This document shows, piece after piece, positions 35,162 through 50,100 of a DNA stretch of 64,000 nucleotides. Source of the DNA: an uncultured Brevifollis sp. (GTDB taxonomy: Bacteria > Verrucomicrobiota > Verrucomicrobiia > Verrucomicrobiales > Verrucomicrobiaceae). Under the pieces are notes generated by a model. It searched no databases, was not told the origin of the DNA, and saw only the letters and a program-made list of their open reading frames with translations. The stretch covers positions 2,877 to 66,876 of the forward strand of contig CAZPSQ010000002.1 of assembly GCA_964588755.1 (NCBI GenBank). The letters are read 5' to 3'. Made by a program: the position numbers and the translations under genes. How positions within the stretch are numbered: the stretch's first letter is position 1; the number at the start of each line of letters is the position of its first letter.

Positions 35162-38100
35162 TTATTCCTGAGGAGCGGCGACAGTCTCGATCTGGACGCG
35201 GAAGAACCGGGCTGTGGAACCATCCGGCAGAACCGGGAACGGCAGGCTGAGCTTCTGGATGGTGCCATCGTCACTGAGCAGTTCCGGGGTGTCGGTGCTT
35301 GCGGTCCAGGTGGCAAGATTGCTGCTGAACTCGACGACATACCTCAGCCCTGCGGCGACGTAATCTGTGCGACGGTTGAACACGGCGCGCATGACGTCAG
35401 GCGCCGCAGGGGCGGCCTCGGCACGGATGCCAGTGTCACCGCTGCCGGCCTTTGGATTGAGCCCAAGGGCGAACTCAGCAAGGTTGCTCAGGCCATCGCC
35501 ATCAGGGTCGGCATCGTCCGCAGCAGCACCTGTCGCATCGGTGCTGCCGAAGTTCTTGAAGCGCCAGCTCCGGCCGGGTGTGCTGGGTTTGACCTGCAGG
35601 GCAAGGCTCACGCTGGTGCTGGCACCAGCGCGGTCGGTGGCGGTGATGACCACAGGATGCAGGCCGGGGGCGATACGGCTGGTATCCTGGCTCCAGTTAA
35701 AGCGTCCGTTTTTGGCATCGACGATCATCTCACCGGCTGATTGGCCGTTGATGGAGGCCTGCAAGCGGACCTCTTCATTGCCACTGGCGGCTGCAAACTC
35801 CGCAGTGAAGCTGGCGGCATCTCCCTGCGCCACCTCCAGCAAGGTCCCAAGTGAAGACTCAGACTCGCCACTTTCCTCATCCAACGGTGGTGGTGGCGGC
35901 GGCGGCATCGGAGGCGCATAGCGCAGCAGCAGCGGCGCGCTGACATTGCTGGTGTTGCTCATGTAACCTGCCACCCAGGCGCCGCCCAGGCTGTCGGTCA
36001 CCATGGCGTTGCAGCTGTCATTTCTCACCAAATCCGCGCCATTGTAACGGATTGCCCAAAGCTCGGCACCCGTATTCTTGTCATACTTCGCCGTGTAGAT
36101 GTCAGAGGTGTTGTTGGCAATCAGACTATATCCAGTGGCGATGACGTGGCCATTGGGATCCAGCCCGACCACACTCATGCGGTCGGTCTTGCCAGCTGGC
36201 CCGGCGTAGAATGCATTCCAGATCACAGCGCCAGTGGTGCCGTTGAGCTTGAGAGTCAGTCCATCGTTGACCGCATTGACATCGCTTGCAGTGGCGGCAA
36301 TCACCACATTGCCAGCCAGGTCCACTTTCAGGTCGTAGGCGGCGTCATTCTTGTTGGCGGGTCCGTTGTAAATGGACTTCCATTCTTCGGCCCCATCCGC
36401 GCCCTTGTAGCGGGCGCTGTAGATGTCAATGTTGGCACCCTGAGTGTAGCCGGTGACGAAGACATCACCATCGGCACCCAACGCCACGGCGTTGATGCGG
36501 TCCGCCATGCCAGTGACCCCGGCGAAGCGGCGTGTCCAGATGGCGGCACCCCCGGCGGCAGGCACCTTGAGGGTCAGTGCATCCTCGTTGTTGGAGGCAT
36601 CCTGGGAGTAGCCAGCAAGCACCACCTCATCGGCGGCGGTCAATGCCAGGGCATTGACGACATCAATTTTGTTGAAACCACCATCGTAGGACTGGCTCCA
36701 AGCCACAGTGCCATCACTGCTGTTAAGCTTGGCGGCAAAGAAGTCCAACCCTGTGGTGACATTGACCAAATACCCGGCCACCACCACATCACCCGCGCTG
36801 GTGAGCATGAGGCCCACGGCCCGGTCCGCGCCGCCCCCGGCAGCGGTGCCAGTAAAGGTGCGCTGCCACTGCTGCACGCCTGCGCTGTCATATTTGATGA
36901 CAAGCACATCGGTATTGGTGCCGCCCACAGTGGTGTAGCCGGCAACAAACACATTGCCAGCATTGTCCACCTTCACCATCACACCTTCATCCGCCAGATT
37001 GACGGAGCGGATGGTCTCCCACACCAACGCCCCTGCGGCGTCATGCTTGGCTGTGCGCAGATCCACACCAGTGCCTGCGCGTGTGGTAAACCCTGTGGTC
37101 ACAGCACCGCCGTTCCAAACACCGCCAGTCATGTCGAGCGCCACGGAACGCGCCTGCCCGGCCCCGGTCCCTGGTGATATCGCCGCCCAGGTCTGTTCGA
37201 TGCCGGGCATGATGATGACGGGGGCGCCATCCGTCACCGTGATGGCACGATCAACAGGCGTCGCAGCCGCATAGTCGTTGTCCCCAGCCTGGCTGGCCCG
37301 CACAACCACCTCACCTGCATCGCTGAACTCCAGGATGTTGCCACCTGTGATGGAGCCAGGTCCTGACTGCACGCTAAAGCTCACAGGCAGACCGCTGCTG
37401 GCAGTGGCCTCCAACGTCACCGTGTCGTTTTTGGAGGCGTTTTCCGCCAGGGTAAATGCGATCGTCTGGCTATCCCGCACCGTGATGATCAGGTCTGTGT
37501 CTGTGGCCGGCGCATACTGGGAATTGCCGCCCTGGGAACCGCGTATCACCACCTGGCCGACACCCGTGAAGGTCAATGTGTCACTGTTGGGTCCGCTCAG
37601 CGCCGTGGCGAGATGGCCGCCGCTGACCACGCTGTAGCGGACCACCCCGCCAGGGGCAGTCGCCTGCAGCCGCACAGTGGTTCCCACGCTCTGGATTTCC
37701 TCGGTCGTGAACACGATCGGGTTGGCCAGCTGCTGAGAAGGTGCCGCGACCCCATATTTCATGACCAAAAAGTCCGACGTGCTGGCGCTTGGGTTGCCAG
37801 AATAACCGGCCACATAGAAGTCACCGTTGAAGGATGCTGCCACATCGCGTCCTTCATCGTTCTTTCCAGCCACGGCGGGGGACGGGTGCGTTTCCGCCCA
37901 GAGCAGCGCGCCATCGGCGGTCATCACTTTTGCTGTGTAAACATCCAGCGTGCCATCGTTTGTCGAACTTACCGCGAAACCGGTCACCGCCACATTGTTG
38001 GCACCGTCAAGGGCAAGCTGAGCATTGAAGGCGCGATCACCGGAGGTGCTCAGCCCCTGGTTGAGGCGAGTGTCCCACAGTCTGACACCGGTGCTGCCGT

Positions 38101-41100
38101 CATACTTCGCCACAATACGCTCATGCAGATTGGAGGCATTGCGGGAGGTCCCTGCCGCCACGACATGGCCGTCTCCATCCACGACCACGTCGTAGAAACT
38201 GTCATTGTTGCCGAACGGATCCGTCACGGTCTCCCACATCACCGTGGCCGCAGGCCCGGCGCTGTCGCCCTGCAGCTTTGCCACATAGAGGTCATAGCTG
38301 CCTGCGGCATACAGGGAGCCTGCCACCACCAGGTTGTCGTTCGCGTCCAGCGCCAGACCGTAGAGCATGTCATCAAGGACGGCGCTCCCCACACGCTGAT
38401 GGGTCCACAGGACGTTGCCGGCGGCGGCGGAAAGCTTGGCGGCAAACGAGATCTTTCTGTTGCTGCTGTTTCCTTTGTAACCCGCCACGAACACGTTGCC
38501 TGCGGAGTCCATCAGCACCTTGTTGGCGATGTCTGATCTGTTGCTGCCACCATCCAGGGCGTTTTCCCAGATCACCGCGCCGGCGGCAGACAGCTTGACC
38601 ACATACATGTCGTAATTGCCGGAACCCGTCACCGTGGCCCCCGCCACGGCCACATTGCCGTTCGCCTCCACCGCGATGCTGGTGGCATAGTCCACATTGC
38701 TGAGGTAGCCGTTGTAGGTGTGGCTCCACAGCCTTTCACCGGTGGCCCCGGAGTACTTGGCCACCCACACGTCAGAGTTGGAGGGGGCCACCGTGGTAAG
38801 GCCCGCCACGATCACATCACCGTTGCTGTCCACCACAAGCGCCGAGCCTTCGTCATCCCGGTTGGTGGGGCCATTGTAGATGGTGTCCGGCTGGCTCGTC
38901 CAGACGGGGTCCGGCGCGCCACTGACGGGGTCATACTTCATGACGTAGATGTCCTTGTTGCCAGCGGCATTGGTCGTGTAACCCGTGGCGAACACCGCTG
39001 TCACCGTGTTGCCGCTCTTGTGGATCGCCACAGCCTTCGCATCCCCGTTACGCGGGGCCGCGTCCGGCCCGGAATATTGCTCCGCCCAAATCTTTTCAGC
39101 ATTCCGTGTGATGACCGTGCCGGCCACTCCGATGCCAAAGGTCGGCTTGGCAGGGTCATTGCTGGAAATCGAGATGCTCCCGCTGCGAGCCCCCGGCCCT
39201 CCCGCCACAGGAGCAAAGGACACCTTGAAAGTAGTGGTTGCCCCCGGCACCAGAGATGGGGAAACGCCTGCGTCGTCCACCACGAACTCAGGATTATCCG
39301 ACATAATCGAATCGATCTCAAGGTCCTGGGCGCCCAGGTTGGTGATGGTGAAGGTCTTTGTCTCGATGCCGAGGATGTTCACCGCGCCGTAATCGACGAT
39401 CGAAACATTGTGGACAAGGCCCGTTCCTGTCGGCTGTCCGACAGCAATCTCCTGCGGGGCAACGGTGAGGACCACGTCATTGGCATCCGTTCCACCGACA
39501 TAGCTGATGCGGACATTCATGCCAGAACCGAGGAAATCATAGGTGATATGTCCTTCGGGCAGCCCATTAAAGGTGCCAACCGTGGTGGACTCCGGAGCCG
39601 TGCTGTTGTTTGCAACAAGGATGAAGGAATCCCCAAGAGCAGGCGGGGTGCCAGGAACCGGACCGGTGATTTCCAGATTCACGCCGGTCAGATCCACGCC
39701 GTTGGACACGGTCAGCCTACGATAACCCGTTTCCGAATCCACCGGAGTCAGGGCATTGAACGGCAGGGCCAGAGTGGCGCCGTTGCCGAAGGTCACGGTG
39801 CTCGCAGTCACATCCAGTCCAGAGGGAGCCGGCCGCACAACGCCAGATGTGGCAAAGGAAACCGCGCCTGATGTTGTCAATGTTCCACCACTGTTCTGAA
39901 CAATGTCGCCGCTGCTGACAAGCGACAGGCCTGCATTGGACGCAGGGCTGATGGCCGCGCTGACAGTGACCGCTCCCGCCTGGGCACTGCCAATCACAAT
40001 GGCACCGGCAGTAGTAATTCGGTCGAGTTCCGCATCCGTGAGTCCCAGCGTCGAGGCTGTGTCTGCCCCGCCAAGATCAATGCTCCTTGCCGCAGTGAGC
40101 GGTTTGAGGGTGATGCTGTTGGTTCCCAGGGCCAGGGTGGCATTGGTCGGATCGATGGCCACTTTGTTCGCAGTGATGGTCACAGCGCCAGTGCCAGCAG
40201 CCGTGGTGAGCTTGGACTCAGCACCCAGCATCGCAAAGCTTTCATTGGTCAGCAGCGTGGGGCTGCTGCCTTCCGTTGCATTCAGAGCGATGGTGGCCGC
40301 GCCCGTGGACGAGATCGTGCCCCCATTGATGAGGATGCCATAGTTGCCGATCGAGAGAGCGTTGCTGAAGCCACCGCCCGTGCCGTTGATGACGATATTT
40401 CCGTTCACGGAACTGATGAGAGCGTCCACGTTGGGGCTTACGCCTCTGACGGCGACACCGACATGGTTGTCATCCCCGGTGCCGCCGGTGCCCGTGATGG
40501 TAATGCTGGCCGTCCCAGTGGAAAGCACCTGTGCGTTGGCCTCGATGAGAACGCCGCGCTGGTTGTCGCGGGCCATGTCGCCGTCACCGCCAGCGATCCC
40601 GTTGATGGTGATTGAGCCATTGAGCGCGATCACCCTGGTGTTCGTGTCGGAGAGGAAGACGCCATAATTGGAATTCGAAGGAGCCGCCGCACCCGTGCCG
40701 TTCAGAATGATGGCAGCTGATCCCTTGTCGATGATCTGCGCTCCATTCCTCATCACCAATCCCATGTGCGAGCCGCCAGAGCCAAGGGCAGGGGAGGTGC
40801 CGTTCACAGTGATGGCCCCGCGGAAGCTGCTGATCTCGATCGTGGCACCATTAAGGTAAACGCCATGCCCACTGGCACTGCTGCCCGTGTTCGGGCCGCC
40901 AGCACCGTTCAGGGTGATGGAGCCCGCATCGTTGCTCAGCCCGGTGCTGAGAATCTTGCCGCTTGTGCCGTGGACAGTGCCCACAGTGATACCCCAGCAC
41001 TGAGTGGAGCTTGAACCTCGACCGGTCAGCAGGATGTCGCCCTTGCCCGCCGTGCTGATCTCGCCGGAGATGCCCATGCCATCGGTGTTAGTGCTCATGG

Positions 41101-44100
41101 GCACCGTGCCAAAGCCAGCCTTGAGCGTGAGGTCACCATCAACCACCGTGAGTGCTGTGTTGGTGTTCTGGACGATGTTTCTGAAGGTTTCAGCGTTGAG
41201 AGAACTCTCTCCTGTGAACTCGCAGTTGCCGCTGAAGGTGATGGTGCCAGCGGAGTCGTTGTCAAGGAGCACGGTGAAGTTGTCATCAAAGGTGCGCCCA
41301 GATGCCGCCGAAGCACGGCCCTCAAAGGTCACTGCGTTTGCCCCTGCGGCATCAATGATGCTCACATTGGCCACGCCGCTTTTGCGGATGGTCAGGGTGT
41401 TGGTGCCATGGCCGGAGACCACGTTGCTGACATCGGTGCCGTTCCAGGTCCCCGTGTTGAGCACCAGGCGGTAGAACTGGTCCCCTGGCTGGCCGCCAAT
41501 CAAGGGGGATGCCGGAGGCACCCGAACTGTGATGGTCCTGCCGCCATCGGCCACTGCGGTGACGGTGTCCAGGCCTCCGCCTGCATTGTCCGTGACAAAG
41601 TTGCTCACGGTTCCAGTGACAGGGAAACTGAACTGAGTCTCATCGACATCATTGCTGTGGATGACCACATTTCCGGCAACCGTGGTCACCGTGGCCGCGT
41701 CAAACCGGACCGTGAACTTCACCGAAGCGCCGTCCTTGAAAATGTTGATGGGGCTCATGGGGCTCACCGCCGGGCTGACCAGCGTGTAGCCCGCAGGAAC
41801 GTCGATGGCCGTCACGGTCAAGGTTTCGGTGCCCGTGTTGGACAGGGTGAAGGTCTTTTCCACCGGCTGGAGATAGAACGGCGTGCCAAAGCTCACTGGA
41901 GTGGCCTGCTCATCGGTAAGTTCAACAACAGGCGGACCATCCGACTCAACCACCAGCTCAGGAGAACCCACGATCTGCAGGGTCACGTTGTTGCCACCAT
42001 CATTGAGGATGATCTTGCCACCAAAATTGCTGCCGTTGATGTTGGGCACCACGTCGAAAAGCGTGTTGGCAAACATGCCCGTCACCGGATAACTGGCGGT
42101 GGCAATCACGAATTTGCGGCCAATCTCTGCATCAACAGGCACATAGCTGCCCTCGGTGACAATGAGATTCACTCCGTCAATGTTCAGGTTACCACTCACC
42201 GTAAGCTGACGATAGCCGTTCGTGTCTTCGGAGTTGGCCACACTGGCCAGGCCCTTGATCATGATCTCCAGATCTGTCCCCACGCCAAACGTCAGGTCGC
42301 CCGTGACATCCGGCAGGACTCCCGCCATTGGCAAGGCATCCGGAAGCGGCTTCACCTTGCCATTCACAGAGGTCAGTTTCACCGTCCCTGTGCCGCTTGT
42401 GGCAAGAGTGCCAGTCGTGGCATGATTGGAGGTGTTGTTCTGGGTGATGTCACCGCTGCTGACAAGGCTGAGATTCACATTGCTGGCCATTGTGACTGGA
42501 CCATTCACCGTGATCGGTCCCGCAAGGGTGTTGCCGATGATGCAAGTGCCGCTCAGCACACGAGCTGTTTCCCCATTGATCAGACCAAGCACCGTGCCTG
42601 CCGTATCCGCCGGCGAAGCATTGGTTCCACCAATCTCAATGGAACGACCGTTGGTTGTGGGGACGAAAGCAACCGAGGCCGCCCCCATGTTGAACTGGCA
42701 ACCCGACGTCCCCGTAGAAAGAGCAATGGTATCCGCATTAACAGTAACTTTTCCGCTACCTGCGGAGATGACGCGTGCGGCATTGGTCGTGGCGAAAGCG
42801 TTGCCTGTGGTGTTGGCTACGAGCTTGGTCCCGGTGATCTCAAAATCCGCTGAGGTTTCCGAGTATAGACGCACACCATTACTGTCCAAACGCACGCCAT
42901 CGCATCCCGTTGAGGTTGCAGGGATGGCTGCGGTGCCACCGGAGATGCCTCTGATCGTCACCAAGCCGCTTTTCGAACTGATTCTCGTCCACTGGTCTTC
43001 TGGGTCGGTGTGCGGGCTGCTGTCGTTGATCCAGACCCCGATCATATCATCATCGCCACCCAGCCCGGCCGTTCCTTCAATGAGGATGGGGGCATCATCG
43101 GTGGATGAAATCTCCACGTTATCAGCAATGCGCACACCGCCGCTCTGATCTGTCTGTGAGCTGGCCAGCAGATCTCCGCCAAAACCACGGATGGTGATGC
43201 TTCCCTTGGCGGTTTGAACCTGCGTTCCAGAGTTCATAATGTAGACCCCGTAATTGCTCGCCGCCCCCGCAAAATCTCGTGTCGAATCAGCGCCAGTTCC
43301 ATCAATGCTGATAGCAACTGGATTGGTCAGACTCGAGGAGCGGACTTTGGCCCCTCCATCCAAACGCACGCCCATGTTCACAATTCCATCCGAGAGGGCG
43401 GCCGCTGTTGACACACCATCAATGTCGATGGTTCCCCTGGCAGAAAGCACCTCTGTGCCGCCACCATTGACCGCCACACCACTGTTTGTGGAAGCCGCGC
43501 CCGTGGGCGCGCTGTTGCCCTGAATCGTGATGAGTGTGTCGGCGGCAGTGCTTTCGGAACGGATCTTGGCTCCTGAGAGAACATACACACCGTTGTTGTT
43601 TGACCCGCCTGTGGAAACAGCTTTGGAAGTTCCGATGAGGTTGATGTTCCCTTGGGCGGTGTACACCTCTGTACCTGCTCCCGAGACCAGAACCCCCGAA
43701 TTGTTCGCCGAAGCGACGGTGCTCGCCCCGCTTTCACCCGTGATGGTCAGATTGGCCACCCCCTGCGTGTGTATCTTTGCCCCCGTTGAAATCTCCACCC
43801 CCGGGTGGCGGTTCCCCGATCCTGTCGAGTGCGACACTCCAGTGATGGAAACAGGCAAATGACGTGAAACCACCTCCGCTCCAGTGCCGGTGACGATAAC
43901 CCCGTGACTGGTGGTCGATGCCCCCGTCGTTGCGGCACCGTTACCGGTTATGGTGATCTCAACCGGCTCAACGCCAGATGCCGCCATGACTTTCGCACTA
44001 TTGATGAAGACCCCGCTGTTGTTTGACCCTGTGGTGGCAGCATTGGAGACGCCGACGATGTCGATGTTGCCTTTGGCGGAAGAGATTTCAGTAGCAGCTC

Positions 44101-47100
44101 CGTTTAGGTGCACGCCGTAGTTTGAGCCGGACGCGGCGCTTGCAACTGCACTGTTGCCGTTGAGCGTGATGTTGACAGCCGCCACGGTCCCTGTCGCACG
44201 GACATGTGCCCCGGAGGTGATGTAAATACCATGGTTGTTGCTGCCAGAACCGGTCGAGTCGGAGGTGCCTGTCAGGACAATGTCCCCAAGCGTGGACGAG
44301 ACGCCAGCCGTAGTCCCAGTAAGGCAGATGCCGTAAGCCGAATTGTTGGTGGAAGCAAAGGGGCCGCCAGTGCCAATCAGTGTGATCGTCCCCGCACCTC
44401 CCGCCACACTTGTGCTGCTGATCCCGCCACTTCCCCAAGCGGAGCCAGTGATTAGAATGCCATTTCTTCCGGTGGCTCCATCCCCGCCACGACCGTTGAT
44501 GAGAATATCTCCGCCGCCAGTGGTAATCACCGTGCCCGCAATGCTGACACCGTGGCCCGCCATTGTCGTGGCAACCGGCCCCCGGTTGGCGATGAGCGTC
44601 AGATCACCCTCCTCAACAGAGATTCTGCGCAACGCGGTCTCCGAGTTCGTCGATTGCTCAACAGAGGCATGAGTGAACGCATTCAGGAAATTGCTGCCGG
44701 TGAAGTCGCAAACGCCCGTGAAGGAGATGATCCCAGCATCTGCGCTGTCCAGCCTGACCGTGAAGCTGTCGTCAAACGTCTGTGCCGGAGCGGGATCGGC
44801 GTACGCCGTGCCTCGGCCCGCAAAAGTGACCCTCACTTTGCCTGTGGCCGATGACTCCTCCGCATCGAGAATCCGGACTTCGGTCACAGCGCTCTTCTGG
44901 ATGGTCAGGGTGCTGGTGTTATGACCACTGATTCCCGGGCCAAGAGTGAGGATGTTCGTATCAGTCCAATTTCCAGTGTTGCGCACAAGGGTGTAAGTGG
45001 TGCTGTTTAGCACATTGACGGTGATCACCAGGTCTGTGTTCAGCGTGTTGGCGACACCGACACTGAGGATGCTGCCGTTCAGGACAACCTGATCAGTGGA
45101 AGCGCTGCTCGTGCCGATGACCCGGAAGGTGAAGACCCCTTCTGGGGCATCCATCGGCGTCGGATCGTTGCTAGTGATTGTCACATCACCGGAGAAGGAT
45201 GCGCCGACATCACCATTGAGCTGTACCTGGAAGGTGGCGCTGCCACCTGCGGGAACCGAGGTGGGAGCATTGAGTACCGTGAAGCCGCCGGTGGCGGGAG
45301 GCGTGATCGAGGTGATGGTCAACACTCCTGTGCCAGGATTGTGGATGGTGAAGTCCCTGCTCTTCGAAACACCAAGGGTGGTGCTGCCGAAATCCACCGG
45401 CGCAGCCTGTCCGTCCGTAAGCTCAGGGGCGGCAGTGCTGGAGCCGTCATGAACCGCAATCTCCGGCTGACCCGTGACCGTGAGCACCGCCGCATTGGCT
45501 GTGTAGGTGAGGACCGCGCTCTTGTCCGAGCCGAAGAAGTTCAGGTAGGTGTGGTTGTTGGGTTTCTCGAAAAACTCACCGGTGAGGCCGCCCGAGGCGC
45601 TGACCAGATTGAAGGCGTGGCCCAACACCGGGGTGTAACCTGTATTGGACAGCACAAGATCCACATTCGCGATGTTCGCGGCACCGGTGACGTTCAGGCG
45701 GTCGAAGGTGCCAAACGGCGACGATGCCGAGTAGCTGGCCAGTGAGAGCGGGAGCTTGGTGCCCGATGTCACCGTGGTGGTGGCGGCGATCACATCGGCG
45801 TTCACACTGCCCACACCTGGCTGGTAATTGCCAGATGCTGCGGTGGCATTGACGGTCAGGCTGCCGGTGGCACCCGCGTTCACCAGGGCGCTCTGGATGA
45901 TGTTGGCTCCGGACACCAGCACCAGATTGGTGGGGGTGGCCGGTGCTGTGCGGCTGATTTCCGCGCTGATGGTGATGGTGCCGCTGTTGGCCGCGCCGAT
46001 GGTGATGGTGCCTGCGGTGATGCGGTCCAACTCAGCATCGGTCAAACCCAGGAACCCACTGACAGTTCTGTCGTCAGCAGCCCCGAGGTTGATGGCCCGT
46101 GCAGGCGTGGCAGGCCTCAGAGTGACGGCGTTGCTGCCCACGTCCAGCACAGCGGGGGAGGCAATGTTGATGGTGTCGGCATTGATGACGAGACCGCCCA
46201 CACCCGTCGAATGAATGACACGTGCGCCCGAAATGACGCTGAAGGCGGCGCCATTTGTCGTGGGAACAGGACGGCTGCCATTGATGGTGATAAGACCGCT
46301 GCCGGTGGAGGCCACCTCCACCCCGACACCCTCAAAACGCACCCCGTCAGTGTTGGCTGAATTCGCGTCGCTACCCCCGCTGGTGCCGGTGATGCTGATG
46401 TTCCCATTGACCGAACTCACGCGGCACAGGGTGGTGGCGCTGGTGTCATTGATGTAGACCCCGTACTGATTGTCGTCACCACCTGTGCCGGCTGTTCCGA
46501 CGAGTGTGATGCTGGCATCATCGCTGGAGGAAATTTCAGCGTCGTTCGCGATGAAAATGCCCATGCTGTGGTCGGCCAGGACAGGTGAGGCACCAATAAA
46601 GTTGCCGCCCGTGCCGGTGATGACAACACTCCCCTTTGCGGTGGAGATTTTGGTGTTGGTCCCAGTGAGATAAACGCCGTGGTTGCTGGTGTTAGAGTCA
46701 GTTGCCGTACGGGTGGAGTTTGCGCCGGTGCCATTGATGACAATCGGAACGCTGCTGCTGGCAGTGGAACCCACCTGCGCGCCAGCTTCCATGCGCACGC
46801 CGATATTCGACGTGCTCGTACCCACGGCACGGGATGTTCCATTCAGGGTGATGGAGCCAAAGGCCGTCGTCACCTGGGTGTTGGCCCCTGTCAGGTGGAT
46901 ACCATAATTGCTGCCGTTAGCCGCAGGGGTTCCGGAGAGACCCGTCAAAGACACACTGGCATTGGTGGACTGCACCTTGGCACCGTTTTCCATGTAAATG
47001 CCGTGATGGCTTGCGTTGCTGCCATAGGCCGAGGAGGTGCCGGCCAGTGAGAGGGCCCCAAGGCTGGAGTCGACCTTGACAGTGGAACCGCTCAGGTGAA

Positions 47101-50100
47101 TGCCGTGGCAGGTGCCAGCCGTCAAACCTGAGCCGCCATTGGTACCGACAAGGGTCACCGTACCAACGCCCGTGCTGAGCACTTGTCCGCGCTCATTGTC
47201 AGAACCCGTCAGCAAAATGCCTCGGCTGCTGTTGCCGGAACTCCCCCCCTTGCCCAGAATCTGTATGGCACCCAATCCGCTGCTGCTCACCGTGCCGCTA
47301 GAGGTGATGGCCGTAAACCCCCCCGCTGTCGGCGCGACCTGCTGGTTGGCGGACAACAGCACATTTCCATTCACAACACTGATGCTTGCCTCAGTGCCGA
47401 TGAGGATGTCGCGTGGTGTGGTAAGTGTAATGCCTCCCTCGCCCACTGTCCTAAGCCTGGTGGGGGTAGGCAGGCTGCCAGCGTTGATGTTGATGGTGCC
47501 AGTGCTTGACTCAAAATAGATGGCACCCGTGCCGGTGGTCTCCGTCAGAGAGCTGATCCCGGCGGCGAGGGTCGATGCGGAAATCGCGCTGATGGAGCCA
47601 TCAACCGTGCGCAGAGTGGAATTATTTCCGGTATTGACGGTGGACACCGTGGAGACCAGGGAAATGTTGCCGCCGCCAGCCAGCACTTCCACCAAACAGG
47701 CCCCCAAGGCCACACTGTTTCCTTCGAAGGCAATGTTGCCGCCGGTGGTGGTGATGGTGGAAGCCCCAGAACTGACGCCGCTAGCTGTGGATTTCAATGT
47801 CACTGAGCCGGACTCGGTAGTGGCGGTGAATGCTGTGGCTCCGTTGTTCCACAAACCTGCGGACTGGATGAGGATGTTGCCCGAGCCAGTCGTGGCAAAG
47901 GTACCTGTGCCGGGCGCAAAGGCACCCCCGGCATTCAATGTGACATCACCGCCGGCGCTGGTGATCTGAGACAGCGTGCCGACAGTGATGTTGCTGACTG
48001 CCCTGATGCTCACAGCACCTGTGCCGTTGGCCTTGACGACAGCATTGCCGCTGACGGTCGCAGATGTTCCGGCATTCAGTTCCAGGTTGCCGCCCTCGGT
48101 GGTGATGGAGGAAGCCCCGGTGGTGACGGAGCTGCCGGTGGACTTCAGGGTCAGTGTGCCGGACTCGGTGCTGGCGGCAAAGACAGTGGCCGAGGTGTTC
48201 AAGGTGCCGCCGGACTGAAGGAGAACATCGCCAGCGCCGGTCGTGGCGAAGGTGGCGGTGTTGGGCGTGATAATGCCGGTCGCATTGAGGGTGACATCCC
48301 CGCCGGCGCTGGTGATCTGGGCCAGGTTGCCGGTGGTGATGTTGTTGGCGGTGGCTGTGAGGCTCACCGCGCCCGTGCCAGTGCTCCTCACTTTGGACGA
48401 AGCCTGGACAGAGATGCTGGTCTGGGCCTCCAGGGTGACACTCCCTGCGGAGGTCACCTCAGAATACTGGTTGACCGTGACGCCCGCCAAGTTGGAGTCC
48501 AGGGTGACCAAGCCGCCGCCCGTCACGACGGCCTTGTCGGTGTCATCTGTGGGGCTGGCGATGCCGATGGTGATGGCACCGCCCGCAGTGGCGGTGATTG
48601 TGCCGCCCGCCGTGATGCTCGACTTGGAATTTGCCGTGATGGTGTGGGTATTGAGGGCACCTGCGGTAAGCACCACGTTTCCGGTCGTGCTGGAAACAAT
48701 GCTCTCCGTGCTGATGGTCAGGCTTGTACCCGCCACAAGGGCCACAGCCCCATCGGCCGCAGTGATCGTGGAACCAGCACCGGTGGTGATGATCGGACCG
48801 GTCAGGGAGATGTTCCCGGTGCCTGCGGCCGACAAGACGCCCCCTGTAGGAATCGTAAAGCCTAGGGCGCTGTTTCGCGTGGTGGAAGCAATGAGGCTGC
48901 TGTTATTGGTGAAGGGGCAGCTTTGCGGGAAAGTGAAGGTCCCCCTCGAACTGGTGCTGTTGTCCAGCCGGATCTGGAAGGTGTGCTGGAAGCTGGCCCC
49001 GGAGTCGACGGCCAGCGTCAGGTCGGCCGCAGTAGTACCATCGCCGATGATCACCTGGGTGAGGCCAGCCTTCAGAATGGTCAAGGTGTTCGTGTTATGG
49101 CCGGACACCACCAGATCGTCAATACCAGCCCAGTTGCCGGAGCCTGCCGTGCGGGTGAGTATGTAGGAAGTCGCATTTGCCGTCAGGGTGAAGGCCGTGC
49201 CCCCCATGGGAAGCCCGGCAATGATGGTGCCGCTCTCGTTGAAGAAGTTGCCCTCCACGCCCTGCCCAGTGACATCGATGGTAAACGGACTCTCATCCAG
49301 GTCGTTGCTCTCGATGGAGATCGTCGCGGCGTGCGCGCCGACAGTCCCTGGTGCGAACTGCACAATGAAGGTGGTGCTGCCCAGAGGACCACTGAGAGGA
49401 CTTGCTGGCTGGCTGGTCACCGTAAAGGCGGCACTGCCAGTGATCTGAACCCTCGGTGAAGCGGAGAAAACGAGCCCCGGAGCACCGATGTTCTTGAGAG
49501 TGAAAACCATCGCCTTATGCCCGCCCTGGATGGGCACCACTCCGAAATCCCGATCGTCACCACTGTTCATTTCGGTGCCCTGCTCCACCACCAGTTCCGG
49601 CCCGACGCTGACCACGAAGTCATTGCCGTCTCCAGCGGTATAGCTGGCGTAGGCATCACTGGCCGAGCCCAGGAAGGCAGGCAGGCCTGCGTTCTGAGGC
49701 AGTCCGTTGAACTCTCCAACGATGGCTCCTGCACCCGTCTTGCTCAGGAAGGTGAAGGCATTGCCGGTGGCAGGTATGAAGCTGTTCACAGCGGTGAACG
49801 TCACGGAAGCGCCGCCCAAAGTCACCGCGCCTGTGACTTCCCACTGGTCATGCTGTGTGCCTGCTGTGGTCCCCCCCACCTCAATGGGCAGGGTGTCATT
49901 GCCATCGAGCACAAGGTCGCCGTCGATGACGACCTTGCCGGGGCTGGAACCTGCGGCCAACGTCACCGACTTGGCAGAGGTGTTCACATTGCCCGGATAG
50001 GTGGCCGCAGGCACCTGGACAATGCCTCCCGTCTTGATGAAATCCACCATTTCCTGAATACGGCTGTAGGTGGGGGCACCATCCTGAGGGCAAGTCAGAA

